Part shown: positions 26,950-41,382 of the stretch, one piece after another | Layout: each line of letters opens with the position of its first letter | Numbering within the stretch: the stretch's first letter is position 1 | Assembly: GCA_013239625.1 (NCBI GenBank) | Contig: MU053934.1 | Span: forward strand, 155,241 to 219,240 | DNA: 64,000 nucleotides | DNA from: Lama guanicoe | Taxonomy: Eukaryota | Direction: 5' to 3' | The notes under the pieces: generated by a model | What the model saw: only the letters and a program-made list of their open reading frames with translations | Told to the model about the DNA's origin: nothing | Database searches by the model: none | Translations under genes and position numbers: made by a program

Positions 26950-28290
26950 CCCCCCGCTTTACTGAGGTATAATTGGTATACAAAATATTACACACACTGA
27001 AAACTACTTTGGGAATTTGGACATATGTGTATACTCATGTTACTATCACCACATTCAAGGTGATAAACATATCCATCACCTCCAAAAGTTTCTTTTTTTT
27101 TTTTCTGGTAAGACCACTTAACATGAGATCTACCCTCTTAAAATTTTTTAAGTGCACAATATCCTATTAACTGTAAGTGCTATGTTGTAGAAGAGATCCC
27201 TGGAACTTACTCATCTTGTATCCTGTAACTTTGGACCCACTGATCACAACTCCCCATTTCCCCTGGTAGCCCCTATTCTGTTGCCTACATCTATCTGTTG
27301 GACTATTTCCAATGCCTCATATATGAAGAATCACGCAGTACTTCTCCTTCTGTGACTGACTGACTTCACTTAGCACCATGCCTCCCAGGCCTATCCATGT
27401 TATCACAAATGATAAGATTTCTTTCTTTCCTAAGAGTGAATGATAATTCATTGTATGTGTGTGTATATATATGTATATACATTTCCTTTATCCATTCACC
27501 TGTCAATGGATACTGAGGTTATTTCCATAGCTTGGCTATTAAGTATACGGCTGTACCATGGATGGACCTAGGGATGATCATATCAAGTAAAGTAAGTCAG
27601 ACAGAGAAAGACAAATATCAAATGGTATTGCTTATATGTGGAATCTAAAAAAAAAGTTACAAATGAACTTACTTGCAAACTGGAAATGGACTCACAGACA
27701 TAGAAAACAAACTATGGTTACCGAAGGGGAAAGGGGTGGGGATAAATTAGGAGTTTGAGATTAACATATACACAGTATTATATATAAAATAGATAAACAA
27801 CAAGGACCTACTGTAGAGCACAGGGAACTATATTCAGTATCTTGTGATAACCTATGATGGAAAAGAATTTGAAAAAGAATGGATACACATGTCTGTGTAA
27901 AACTGAACCACTTTGCTGTACACCTAAAACTAACACGACACTGTCAATCAACTATACGTTAACAAAAATAAATTTAAAGAAAAGAATACTGCTACAGTGA
28001 CTATGAAAACGTGGATATTGTTTCAGGATCCTGATTTCAATTCTTTAGGGCATATACCCCGAAGCGGGATTGCTGGATCATACAATAGTTCTATTGTGAA
28101 TGTTTTGAGGAACCTCTGTACCGTTTTCCATAGCAGCTACGCCATTTTACATTCCTCCAACAGCCCACAAGGTTCCAATTTGTCCACATCCTCGCCAGCT
28201 CCTGGCATCTTTTTTGGTTTTTTTCCATAATAGCTATCCTAACTGGTGTGAGGAGATACCACACTGTGGCTTTGGTTCGCATTTCCCTGA
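26950..28290 (-). mobile_element. Older L1 (L1MA/L1MB-like) 3' fragment interrupted by a younger L1
   Basis: Minus-strand L1 text (ctttactgaggtataattg...cttggctatt | ...ctgatttcaattctttagg...gggattgctggatcata) resumes after the insert. Confidence 0.8.
27556..27981 (+). mobile_element. Younger L1 3' fragment nested in the older L1
   Basis: catggatggacctaggg...agtaagtcagacagagaaagacaaatatc...cacagggaactatattcagtat, ending A-rich. Imperfect TSD aagtatacggctg (27541) / aagaatactgcta (27982). Confidence 0.85.
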
Positions 28291-28639
28291 TCTCCTGCTC
28301 TTCCAAGGCTGTCTCTTTCTTATATCTGGGTCTCAGGTTAAGTGTCACCTCCTCAGAGAAGTCCTCCTTGACCCCCCAAACCAGCTGCTCACTAATACGT
28401 CACTATATAGCACTTGCCACCAGCTGATAATTTTTCCTATAGTTTGTCTAGTTATTAATTGTGTCTCCCTCACTGGAATATCCACACCATGAGAGCAGGG
28501 ACCATTGTCCTTTTTCACCTATGAATCCTCAGTGCTCAGAATGAGGCAGCCTTCAGTAAATGTTTGCTGACTGACTGAATGAACCAACTACTTCTGTATC
28601 TAATACTGAGGGTCAAAGAAAGGGCAGGGAGGAAATATT

Positions 28640-29045
28640 TATCAAGCCTCTAACATATGGCAGATGCTGAGCTAGGTGCTTGACATGCAATTTCTCACTA
28701 AAGTCTCAGAACGCCCCTATTACAGTTTTTTCTTATCTCTATCCGACAGTTGAGGACACTGAAGCACAGAGAGGTTGAGTAACTTGACCCAGGACACACA
28801 GGTGGAAACTGGAAGAGATTAATGGCAAACCTGGGTCAGCCTGACCCCAGATGCCCTGCATCGTTCACTGTAGTGTCCTCCTTCCCCACATCCTGCTCCT
28901 CAGAACTTCAAATCAGTCTCAACTTTGCTCTTACATGCTGTGTGCCCATGAGCAACCTGCTTAACCTCTCTGTGCCTAAATGTCATCAACCCTGGGGGCG
29001 AAAAGAGGGTTTCTGTAAGCATCAAATAAGATATAACACATAAAA
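28640..29045. mobile_element. Two MIR SINE fragments in opposite orientation (about 28640-28850 minus, 28920-29045 plus); representative of about 20 MIR fragments in the window
   Basis: MIR core gaggacactgaagcacagagaggttgagtaacttg and tgcttaacctctctgtgcct. Similar cores near 4700, 6700, 9930, 17280, 21500, 22400, 29940, 47580, 48650 and 63320. Confidence 0.7.
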
Positions 29046-29140
29046 AAATTCTAAACGGTGGAGACACAGGACAACACAGTAAATGTCAGCTATGCCTGTG
29101 ACCACTTACCTAACATGTTCTTCATCCATGCCAACCCCTA

Positions 29141-29716
<576 letters not shown>

Positions 29717-29994
29717 TCAGGAGGTGGTCAGGCAGGGGGGACCTGGGCTGGTGGGAAGCCACAGCTGGGCACTGGTCTCAGTGCTCTTTGGGGGTTGCTC
29801 ATTCATTCATTCACTCACTCACTTACTCAACATTTAGGCTAGAGGGGTTTAGAGCCAGGGACGCTAAGGCCAGACTGCCTGGGGTCAAATCCTGGCTCTG
29901 CTCTAGACAGTGATTTACTTTGGGGCAAATTACTTCACGTCTCTGTGCCTTGGTTTTCCCATCTGTGAAATGGGAATGGTAACAGCTCCCACCT

Positions 29995-30545
29995 AGGCCA
30001 GTGCTTAAGCTTTGATCTCTCAGCCCCAAACCTGCTTGGTGATGCTGAAGCCAGGATTCTACAAACTCTGCTTCTGCTTTGCTAGTCACTCCTTGTTAGA
30101 TGCTGCCAACGGGGCCACGAGAGGGAGACAGAGTCTGGAGGAGGAAAGGGATCGCACTCCTGCCTGTTGCTTCCTGTTCCCGTGAGCATCTCCCTATCTC
30201 CTTTCTTCCTGCTGGCAGCGAAACCCATTCTGCAGTTTTCCCAAAACTGAGAACCAGCATCCTGGTCCTCTGTCCCCCCGGCCAGTGCTGCTGCCCCCTG
30301 GAGCTGACTGCTGATCCTGCCTCAGATGGAGTGCGGGTTCCAGCCCCACGCTGTAATAATCATAATCCCCACCTCCTCCCTCGGTTCCTTCAGCCCCAGG
30401 GGTGGGAACTGCTCCTTGCAAATTTTCTATTTTTGCTGTTACAGTTACCAAGTGAACACTTTATGTCTAGTTACCATTTTCAAAGATTAAATTCTCTGTT
30501 CAAATAATTGGTATGGTTTCTGCCACCAGTCTGACTGATGGATGC
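29995..30545 (+). mobile_element. ERVL-type LTR (LTR16/LTR33-like) inserted into a MIR
   Basis: 3' end attaaattctctgttcaaataattggtatggtttctg...tgactgat. MIR text on both sides (29840-29995 and 30545-30655). Confidence 0.5.
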
Positions 30546-31411
30546 ACTGTCTCACAGAGCTGCTGCAAAAAATCAACTCATCAATACACGTAAAGCATGT
30601 AAGTAGTGCCTGGTGTAGGATGAGCGCTCCATACATGCTGGCTCCCACTATTAAGTGCCTACAGTATACTGAGCTAGGAGATGGCCAGGGGCCCCTATTT
30701 TCAGTGTCTGCCCTTGGCAGGCTCACGGTCTGCTGGGGAGACATCTCCTTAAACAGGTGACAGAAGGCAATCATGGAGGGATGGTCCAGGAGAAGTGGCG
30801 GTTCTAGGATGCTCAGAAGGAGGTGCCTGTGCTGGGGCTTGAAGGACCAGCAGGGACCTCCTGGGGAGACCGGGCCTGGCCGGGGTGGGTGGGAGGCGTA
30901 GCTGGGGAGATCCTGGCCCCGGGACCATGTTCTGAACTCAGATTGCATCACTGGGGATTTTTAAGGAGGGGGGAATGAGTAACTCTGGGTTTTAGGAAGA
31001 TTTCTCTGATAGTAACAGTGAGGATGAGAGTCGTGGGGAGGGAGAGCCCAAAGTGGGGCCCAGGACCCCAGTTCTGAGTCAGCGGTCATGTCCAGGGGGC
31101 GGTGCTCACCCCCTTGGCTGGGGAGTCATCTCTGAGTGGACTGCCTCTTGTTCCACACTGTTTTATGCCCGCTGTCTTCTGTTAACCCTCACGATGACCC
31201 CAATGGGGAATGCAATTTTAAAGATGAAGAAACTATGGAGAAGGAACTTGCCCAGGGCCACAAAGCTGGTAAATGCTGGAGGTCGGATTCAAACATACAT
31301 CGGAATAAATCTGATTCAAAAGCCTTCTTTGCTCTGCTCTGCAGAGAACAGGAGAAACCAGGTTCTAAAGACTTCTGTCTCATGCTTAGTTACACTACAA
31401 AAGAGACAACA

Positions 31412-31454
31412 CGGCTCTCCCCTCGCCCCCTCGGCTCTCCCCTCGCCCCCTCGG
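31412..31454. repeat. 20-bp C-rich tandem repeat (2.1 copies)
   Basis: cggctctcccctcgccccct twice, then cgg. Confidence 0.9.
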
Positions 31455-34400
31455 GCCCCTACGGCCCTTACTCTCTCCTCCCAGGGTGGGAGGGAAAGCC
31501 TCTCTGACCGTCCAGGCGGAGGAGGGGAACTGGGCGTCCAGAGCCTCCTGGTGCCTCCTTCAGCCTCACTCTGTCTGTGGGAGCCTGAACAGGGCCTGCC
31601 ATCCAGAGAGAGGTCTGAGACCTATGTCCCTCTGCCCTCTCTCCGGGTCCCAGGGACGTGTGGCAGGGACAGCCCTTGGAGCCAGCTGGGTAAGCACTGC
31701 TCTGTAAGACCAAGGCCCTCTCTCAGGGCAGAGTGAACAGTGGGAAGCCTATCGGGTCCAAACCACACCCCAGCTCTCCCGTAATCAGCGATGGTGGCAG
31801 GCGAGAATTCTACCGCTGAACCACCAGTGCTAGCGGCGGTGGAACAGCAGAGCAAGAACCCGGGACATCAGACCAGCCGAGGTTTGAATCCCAGCTGTGC
31901 TCCGCATGTGCTGGGTGCATCCCTGGGCAACCTGTTGGATTTCCTGGAGCCCCTGTTTCCTCACGTGCAAGGTAGGGTCATAGCCCTGACCTTCCCAAAG
32001 TGGTTAAGAGACGGTAAAACAAATGCTTGGTGCATGGCCTGCAGGTCAGGGGGATCCCATCTCAGTGGGTGCTCTTCCCCCTCAAGGATGGGGCTTTGCA
32101 GGCTTCCCCCCATCAGCCTGTACCACGTGTGCTCTGCCTCCTTTCACTCCTGCCTGCAGGAGGTCCACTGCCACAGTGGGGAAGGGAGCAGGCGTCGAGC
32201 ACTCAAGAGAGGGCAGAGAGGGCCATCGGATCCTGCTTGGACCAAGGCCACTTCGCAGCATTTGCATTTCAGGGAAGGATGACCGTGATTCTCTTCCTCA
32301 GCCCTCAGAAGGGTGCAAGAGGGAAGGGGAGAGAGGACTCCCTGCGAATACACCCGAGCCGAGCAGGAGAAGGTGCTGGGCCACGCATTAAAATAATTGT
32401 ATGTGAGCTGCTGTCACTCACACCCCGTGGGGATCCCATCTTTGCTGGGAAAGATTCGGTGCTTGCCAAGTGCTGAGGCAGCAGGCAGGCTGATGGATGT
32501 GCCCCTGACTCAGGAAACCTGGACTTCTTTGACAGGGAGAAGCTTAAACGAAGGGGAAATCAGAGTGAGCCCATGGGTCCCCGGACAAACAAATTGCACA
32601 CAAATCTGCCAGGCACTCTGGAGACACTGCGTCATTAAATGCTCCAAATGAGCCCATTTGAATTTCACTGTCCATTTTACAAAGATGGTACTTGGCACGC
32701 CCGTATATGTCACAGCTGGGAAGCTGCAGAGCGGAGACCCAAAGCCAGCTCTGAACCCGAAAGCTCAGGTTCCTAACCACTCTGGTGTTCCGTGTCAATG
32801 GCGGAGCACTTCACAGACAGGAAGAGGGAGGTCTGGAGGGGAGAGAGAGGTGGCTTGCCCAAGATCACACGGTGAGTGTGGACCAGGCTAAAGCTGGGAG
32901 GACGACGCAGGTCTCCTGGTGCTCCCCGCCCGCTCCAGGCATCTCTGATTCCACTGCGCCTCAACAGGTTATTTCTGCCTAGGGATCTGGGCTTGCGGCT
33001 CGCCTACAGGAAAATGCTGGGGTTTCACAAAAAGCAGCAAAGGTTAAAGGAAGGTAGGGGGAGAGGGTGGCGGGGTCGCCGGCAGACCAGGGGGGCTTTT
33101 GGAAAACCCTATGAACCTGGCTGTCCTGTGACAGGTATGCCCACTCAAAGTCTATTAATGTATATTCAGAATTACCTTTTCCATCTCGTTTTTAATCATC
33201 ATGACGTAGAACACTCCATCCCCCTGTGCTAGGCTCTAGAGAAGTCAGTAAAAACTATTGTTTATCTAATAGCCATTACATGCTAGATGTAGGCACGGAT
33301 TGTTGTTATGTGTTTGTGTGTGCGTGTGTTTTCGCATTCAATCCTCAAAATGACCTGCTATGTTTGTTTCTATTTTCACCTCCGTTTTACAGATGATATA
33401 ATCAGGGTCATTCAGCTAGCAAGCAGCCAATCTGAATACAAAATCAGGCCTCTCTTGCTCCCAAATCTTTTTCTTTCTACCACATCATTCGTTCATGCAA
33501 CAAATATTAGAATGAGCACCGATCATGATGTGCCAGGCACTGGCAGGGGCTGTGACTGCCAAGATGAACACAAGAGAGCAAGACCCTCTTTCTGGAACTG
33601 ACAACTGAGGGGTAGAGGCAGATGCTGAAAAACCATCCGATTTCAATTTTAAGTATCACATGTGCTTTTAAAGTGATGGTCAAGAGAGGTTGTTGGTGAT
33701 TGTCTCTGGGCTGGGCTACTGCAGGTGTAGAGAAACCAAGGCCCAGAGGGACAAAGCGGAGTGCCTCGAGGCACAGCACAGGGGGACGTCGTGCCCGGCT
33801 CTGTCTCCCGGGGCACTGCCGCTCCCACTACACCACAAGCCTGCCTCTGAGAAACAGACTCAGCATTAAGACGGCTGATAATTTGATCAGTGCATGTCTG
33901 ACTGCTGAGAAATGTCATTTCCTGGTCCCTCGAGGGACAGAGTCACCCATCATCGCTGGCTTGGGGGTAGCAAGCTGGTGTTGCAGGTGACATATACTGA
34001 CAAGCTTTCACACTCGAGATGGAGTGAAGATGGGAAGGTGCCCGAAATACATTTTCTCAAGGAGCTGGGAAGTACATGTGAGTCTAGGAGGCTGGTGATG
34101 AAAACTGATCACAACCTATTCCACTGGCTGGGACACCTTAGCACAGGAATCATAATAATAATTATTATTAATATTAGCGGGGAACATATATTGGATGTTT
34201 GCTCAGTGCCAAGCACTGCTCCAAACACTTCATCTGTCAAGCTCATTAATTCCTTACTCAATACTACCAGTAGTGTTTTCATTATCCCGTCTTCCAGCTA
34301 AGGAAAGTTCAGCAAATTGCCCCAAGCTATACAGCTAGAAAGTGGGAGAGTCAGGATTCGAACCCAAAGAGGGAGAGACATTAGGAATTTCTCTTGTTTT

Positions 34401-35369
34401 TCCCAGGTCTGTAATCATCAAATGGCTCTGTTTATAGCAATGAACATGAGATTTTCAGCAGATCACAGAACAGGAATGAAACCGACTCTCTCCTCCCCAG
34501 TACAGGGGCCGCACCCATCCCTGGGACAGGAAGGCTGCCAGGTGTCTTAGGACTTCTCAGATACACGGGCTGAACCTCCAGCTTGGAAAGAAGCACAGAG
34601 GGAGGCATCCAGGTTGCACAGCAGGTGGGCTGCAGAAGCTGCCAGGCATCAGGGCCCCCAGGGGTGTGATCTGATTGGATCTGAAATATCCGTAAAGACT
34701 GCGTGTATGTGCAGACCTGGAGTCAGCCTGCAATGAGCCTGAGAGATTGATGGAAATTGACTACTGTCCAGGAAACTTAAACATCATCTGGGAAGACAGC
34801 AGAAGCCAATGTGATTAAAGGAGAAACAGGAAACTCTGTCACCCATCAAGGGTGAAGGAAAAAGCATTTCAAAGACAGAAACAAGACCTTGGTACAAGGA
34901 CAAGGCTATGGGAAGAGTTGAGCCAAAACCCTGGCTTCTAAAGTACTTGGAACCCAGTGGGTTCATAAAAATAATTCATACTGCAAAAGTGCTAAGAAAT
35001 CAGAACCTGTGTGCAAGTGTCAGGTGAATAAGAAAATGGAGCTTATGTGTTCCAAATGACTGAGATAAGGGATATTTGGGAAATGAGTGTGTGTCTCAAG
35101 ACCTCCACTGACTTTCTTGGCTCATAGAATAAACTATCCTCCTTAGACTGGCAGCAAAGCCTCTTGCAAACTGGCTCCCACTTACAATTTCAATTCTAAC
35201 TTCAAGCTAAAAGAACTTCCTGGCATTTCTTGAACCTGTCTTCCATGACTCAGTGCTTTTGTCTATGCCTTTCCCCCTTCCCTGCCCCCTAGAATATCCT
35301 TATTTCTTCTGTACCACATGAATGCTTGCTGAGCTCAAATATACTTCTTTTGTTAATCTTTGTATGATC

Positions 35370-35862
35370 ACTCACACCAGAATGTTGCCTCCCAGTATGT
35401 CTTTCCACCCTATTCTTCATTCCTAACAGAGCATTAACTTTGTAGTTGCAAAATCTCTAGCCCCTGTGAATGGTTCACAATGCATTTAAGATCCCAACAA
35501 TCGTGATGCTTCTATGCTCTGATTTCCTAGACTCCCTTGCAGCTAGGGGTGGCCATGTGACCCAGGGTTGCTCAAATAGACACATGGTGAAGTATATATT
35601 TGATTTCTCAGTCATGAGGTTCAGATAAGGCACTCTCTTCCTCCACCCTACTTATTTTTCTGTTGTGAACAAAGATGTAATGACTGGAACCATGACAGCC
35701 ATCCTGTGACTATGAGGGAGAGATCAATATATTGCTGATCTATAAATCAATTCTATAGCCACTTACTGTAGAGCTCTTAGCTAAGAAATTCAAAGCCCCT
35801 ATTTTATTGTAAACCACTCCAAGTTGGGTTTTCTGATTCTCATTGTAAGCATTCCTCATATA
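35370..35862 (+). mobile_element. MaLR LTR (MLT1J/K-like)
   Basis: tcccttgcagctaggggtggccatgtgaccc...gatgtaatgactggaacc...cagccatcctgtgactatgaggg...aaaccactccaagttgggttttctg. Confidence 0.65.
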
Positions 35863-38451
35863 ACAGCTGAGGCAATTGTTGGGTCCATTCTCAGAGCTCT
35901 AAACACTCTTGCACTTAACTCTATTACAGAACTCATTGCATGCTCTTATAATTATTCATTTACATGCCTGCATCTGACAGCACTGGGATGTGACTTTCTG
36001 GGCTGGTGGGACCCGGAGTTATAATTCTTCCTGAGTGCAGTATGCCTGGCGAGTAGTTAGTATTCAATAGCTGCCCTTTGGTTCAAGAATGGAAATCATG
36101 ATGATGACATTCTTAATAATCCTCACATCCTGTCTGTCTACAGCAAATCAGTTGTAAAAGCCCTATTAATGTGGGCTCTAGGATGGAGAAACACATTCCC
36201 CCTTTCTTTGTGTAAGGGCCAGTTTGTCATTTTCTCTTGAAGGAGTTTGAGCTTCCTCTGCTCTTCCTTTGTTTCATATTTCAAGGAGAAGGACAACAGA
36301 CTCACAGGTCCCTTTCCTTGTCACCCTCAGGATTACGATGCACGGTAGAAAGGGACGACAGACACGCCTACATCCAGCTCCGGCTCTTATCTGCTCGGTG
36401 GCCGGCACTTTGCTGCCTAGCATCACAGAGATGGTCCTTCACCTATAAAAGGGACATGACAGCAACTGCCTTGCCATTTGTGGTCAAGACCAGGACTAAT
36501 GTGTTGATGGTCATGAAGGCATTTCACATGTGCTCATTAAACTGCAAAAAATTCTGGCTTTAGACTTCATGAGACCTTACCGACTAGGAAGTCCGGATGA
36601 AAACAGAGAAGGAGAGAGGAAGAAAAAAGAATTTAAATGAGGGACTGCAGGTGTGGCAGCCCAGAGCAGAAGGGGAGGATGGATACCGACAGCACCGCCT
36701 AGAGGGGACACCACGCCAGGGGCAGGCACCTCCTGGCTGGACCTCAAGGAGAGGCCTGGAGGGGGCTGTTCAGGAAGGTAAGCGGTACGGAGGCGTAAGA
36801 CACTAGGCAGAGACTGGAGAGCGCTAACAGGCAGGGGAGTGAGGCAAATCTCCCCCTCGCTTCTTCCCAACTTGGTCACCCAAACAGCCTAATGTACTTG
36901 AACCTCTATTTTCCATCTGTTAAAAGGAAATACTAATAACACCTGCCTCAGAGGCTCAACGAGACAAGAGATGTAAAGGCTTTCAGCACGGAGCAGACTG
37001 GCGTTCAGCGTGCCTGGGTCTCTGGAAAATACGCAGTCCGTTCCCATGGGATCTCCTCCAAAATGACACTGTCTCTCAGTCTGTGTTTAAAACCTAGACT
37101 CTTGGTTCCCTGAATGCAAGACCTGTGTCTGTCCCGCTTGCATTCACAGTGACAGGCGTGGTCAGTGTTTGCCGACTGCCAGCGGAATCCACTCCACTTT
37201 TTCCCTTCTTCATCAACTGCTAACGATTCCATTCCACGTCACTCCCTTCTCCTTTCCCACCCCTGACAATTACCAGGGAGCGGCTATTAAATAAAAACAG
37301 TGTCCCTGCTACTCAAGACTTCAAGCCACAAATGCCCTGGGACCCTTTGCCTCCTTTTACAAGGGTTCCTGTTGCTCCTTGGTTTTTACAAGTTCAACGG
37401 AAAAAAAAAAATTCCCAGACAAAAATGCATCATTACCCAGGAAAGGGGAAGAAAACAAGCGCAACTCAGCGATGATTTAGTCCCCTCATCTGGAAAATAA
37501 AGAGACTTAGGCCAGTGCATGCATCGGAGGCCCTGTCCTACAGCCTGTCGTTTTTTGCTCTGTCATCTGTAACATTTCTCATTTTTCCCTGCCAGAGGTG
37601 GTAGAGGTTGCGGAGAGGAAAAAATGACACTGGGAAAATGGAATCTCCAATAACACTCAGGGCTGGGAGGGTCATGCATCCAAGAAGACTCAGCTCTATT
37701 TTCCCATGTTCAATGTTTTGGTTTTTTTTTTTTTTCCTGTAAGATGGGGGTAGCAATCAATTTGAACTGGATTCTGGTACGTCTGAAGACTTCCTGATGG
37801 ACCTCTGAGAGAAGGAAGTGGGAAAGTGATGCATTCAGCACAAGGACCATCCATGAAGCTGCCTGATGGTCATCTGACCTATGGGCGGTAGCAAGCCCTG
37901 CGTGCTTCCTCTACGGCATGAATTACCAAGACTCTATAGTCACTTTCACAGAATCCCCACAGGGTCCTCCTGGGAGTGTCTCCACTGATCTCTGGACATG
38001 GAGGACAGAGGGAAGTGGGTTCCATCTCGAGAGACCGGCATGGATTTCTTAGCTGAGGGATTCCACCAAGGCTGCTTGAGAAGCCAGTTTGGCGAGATGT
38101 CAATAACACCCCTGGGGGGGGGGGGCACCCTATGACTGCCTGCTTGGAAACTCCTGGAAAGGCAGCTGGCTTCCAGGATCCCAGCAGGCACCTTCTGTAG
38201 GGGCCTACTGTCACTTTTCCGTGCACCGTGCACCTCTCCTTCACAGAACCAGACCCTGCCCTCCTCCTGCAATTCTAACAGGGTTATCGGTCAGGCCTGA
38301 CCTGCCAGAGCTCGGGCACGGGACTCAGGCTGACCAGTGAGTCATTCCTGACCATCGTGGGCACGCATCCCATGAAGGGTCCACAGAGTTGTTTTCCAGA
38401 GTCGCTGCAGGCAAGAGAGTCTCTCTCTTCAGTGTGAGATCATGTGTCCTA

Positions 38452-38670
38452 CTCTTTTATTTTTAATTGAAATGTAGTCAGTTTACAATGCAGTGTTAAT
38501 TTCTGGTGTACGGCATAGTGGTTCAGTTACACATTTATATGTTCCTTTTCATATTTGTTTTCATCACAGGCCCTTACAAGGTATTGAATACAGTTCCCTG
38601 TGCTCGACAGCAGGACCTTGTTGTTTATCTATTTTATATATAGTAGTTAGTATCTGCAAATCTCGAACTC
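38452..38670 (-). mobile_element. Short lineage-specific L1 3' end
   Basis: ttttaattgaaatgtagtcagtttacaatg...gttccctgtgctcgacagcaggaccttgttgtttatctattttatata; same family text as the 16137 and 25970 elements. Confidence 0.85.
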
Positions 38671-39179
38671 CTGAACTTAAAAACAAAGGTTAGATGTCAC
38701 GACGCAGGTGCAAAGCCTTAACCGTAGGCGTGTTGTCAGGCCCAAGGTCCTCTTCCATCCTTGTCAAGGGAAGCGCTAACCTTCTCTCCTTTCACACAGC
38801 ACCCTAGGCACTTTTACATAACCTGGCCTAGCTTTCTTCACAGCACATTTTATTGCCTGAAATGACCGATTTGATCACTCGTTTCCTTGTTTGGTATCTG
38901 TATCCTGGACTAGAATGTAAGCTCAGGAGAGCGGGGCCTGCACCGGCTGCTTCCCTACGTTCAACCAGTGCTTAGAACAGTGCCCGGCTCACAGCAAGAG
39001 TGCAAGTGTGCATATATGTACCTGCTGGATGGCAAAGCTCTCCCTACTGGCTGGGGGGCTGCCTGAAGTCACCCCGCTGTGACAGAGAACAGCAGAGGCA
39101 GCAAGAAAGAGAGACAGAGAGAGAAGGAGAGAGTGAGGGATCTGAGCTCCCAGATCGAACTGTGCCAATGCAGAGGGCA

Positions 39180-40055
39180 GGATACGGAGCCCTCACATGC
39201 TGACATGGACTGGGGCATAAATGTGCCTGGCTATGTTTGTATCTACTGTAGTGCATTTACTAATATGACTTAATAATAATAATATATAACTAAAATAAAT
39301 GTCACAAATTGCACACAAAGTGCAAAATAAATACACATGAGTCCACGGGGCTATGAATAAATGATTTAAGAAATAAATATAAATAGGGGAAAGAGACAGA
39401 GAAGAACCCCAACAATATGTGTCACTTCTACCCCCTCCCCAGGAAGTGAAGCTTAACCTCCTCATTTCAAGTGTGGGGTGGATATAGTGCCTCACTTCCA
39501 GAAAAGGAAGTAGGAAGGGAAACACAGTAACTTCACAGTGGAGAAAGAAGCCTGGAAAACACCCCCTTAGCGAAGGAAAGATGGTTGGTCAGCATCCTTA
39601 GTGGTACCGTGTGTGAGGCCAGGTCCCTGCCAGTGGGGTGCGATGGGGAAGGCACTTCACTACTGAGATGTTCTTCCCCCAAACCCATAACCTCAGTCTA
39701 GCCATGAGAAAATATATTGGACCAACCACATTTGAGGGATGTTTTATAAGCTGCCTGACCAGTGCACAACACGGAACTATCAAGGTCAGTCATGGAAAAC
39801 AAAGAAAGACCGAAACTGTCAGAGACCAGAGGAGACCAAGGACACAGGAAAAGCTGCGGAAATGCGGCTAGAGCCCAGTGCTGAGGAACAGCGATCCACC
39901 GATGCTGGTTTGTCAGTTCTGGGAAATTCGCCATCATTACGCAAGATGTTAACATCAGGGGAAACTGGAGGAGGGGGATGTGCGACTGTGTGCACTACTT
40001 TTACAATTTTTCTGCAAGTGTAAAATTCTTCCAAGTACGAGTGTATATTAAAAAC
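39180..40055 (+). mobile_element. Old L1 3' UTR fragment (L1MC/L1MD-like); partial second copy at 41629-42145
   Basis: Characteristic text ccccaaacccataacctcagtcta...gatgttaacatcaggggaaactgg...tttttctgcaagtgtaaaattcttccaa, with an A-rich end. Confidence 0.7.
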
Positions 40056-40209
40056 AACAGCAAAAACAGAGTTCTACAAAGGGATGACAGACGGAGAACG
40101 TTAGTAACACAAGCTCATGTGGCCAGCAAGGCGGCAGCTCGGCTGACGCCTCTGCTCCTAACACGAGCTCTTCCCAGGCTACACCCCCACGTGTAGAAAT
40201 GCCTATCTA

Positions 40210-41382
40210 ATTCGATCTGACAAGAAGATGGTGGAAAATACTAAATTCTCAAGACGATCTCAGAAATATATGTACAACCACAACTGTTATGGAAGAATTT
40301 CATCCCAAGTAATTACTTAATGACAGAGATGCATGATTGGCAAGATATTGGAAAACAAAGCACCCAGAATAGGAAGACAAGCCTCCACCGATTTTTTATG
40401 ACGTTTCAAGTCTTGGCGATAGTCAGTCTCGAACTTTACAACGTCTCACTAAATCCCGTGAAAAAGAGTTTTGCAGTCTCTTTGGAGATTTCATACATCA
40501 AAACGAAAGATAATAAAATCGAGTAAGGAAAACACTGGTTTTTCCTGCCCTGGCAAGTACGGCTGGGAAAATGCACAAAGGATAATGTGCTAACAAACGA
40601 ACTAAATTCCTCTGTCAGCAGATACTGTGGGAAGAGTCCTAGAAAACAAACGAGGAAAGCCTGAAGAAACTAGTATCAGAACAAATCGCATGGGAGATTT
40701 GCTATAGACTTAAATCGGAAAGTACAGAGGATTCGTCATCTCATGACGTTTGCAAGATTCTGTTTAGAAAATGAAATCCACAAAGGACATCTTTCCAGTG
40801 AGCAATAAAGAAAAGATGTCCTGGAGCAGTTATGTTCTGAGCAGTGAATTCCTCCTTTAATGATGGTAACGTTTTATGGAGAGTGCAGATGTGGAAGCAC
40901 TGAAGGTACAGTTGCTTTAACTGGAACAACAAAAGGGATTCCGAGAAAGGTCACAGAGGAAGCGCCCCATACTGAATTCCTTTACTGTATCACCGATAGG
41001 CAAGTTTGCAAGGAAACACCGGAAGCCACAGTACATTAGTACTATTAGATGTCACTGATTTGGTTAACTTTCTGAAGACAAGACAGAAAATATCATAGGA
41101 TCTTTACAATACTTTCTAATGACATGAAGAATGACAATGAAAATCTGTCCAACAGACAGCTTCGCTGGTTAAGTCATGGCAAAGGACTTACAATACACGG
41201 CATACGCAAAGATGATGTACACAGTTTGTTCTTACGGAAAAATGGTTCTTGGCGGCAGGCTATATATCTCATGCTTTTAGAAAAAAAAAATTCACACCTG
41301 AATCTGATCCTTCAGTGCAAGGGTCATGAATGGAAAACTAACTACTTTTAGAAAGAACCTGTGATATAGATGGAGCTTTTAG
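40210..41382 (+). mobile_element. Fossil hAT-Charlie transposase remnant, copy 1 (truncated by the gap)
   Basis: Same motifs as copy 2. ORF 41124..41351 contains QLRWLSHGKGL and LNLILQ. Confidence 0.72.

Noticed and set aside
31053..31736. Longest ORF in the track (227 aa, plus strand)
   Set aside because: It starts at GTG, runs through a MIR fragment and a tandem repeat, and resembles no protein I know. It is a chance ORF in GC-rich intron.
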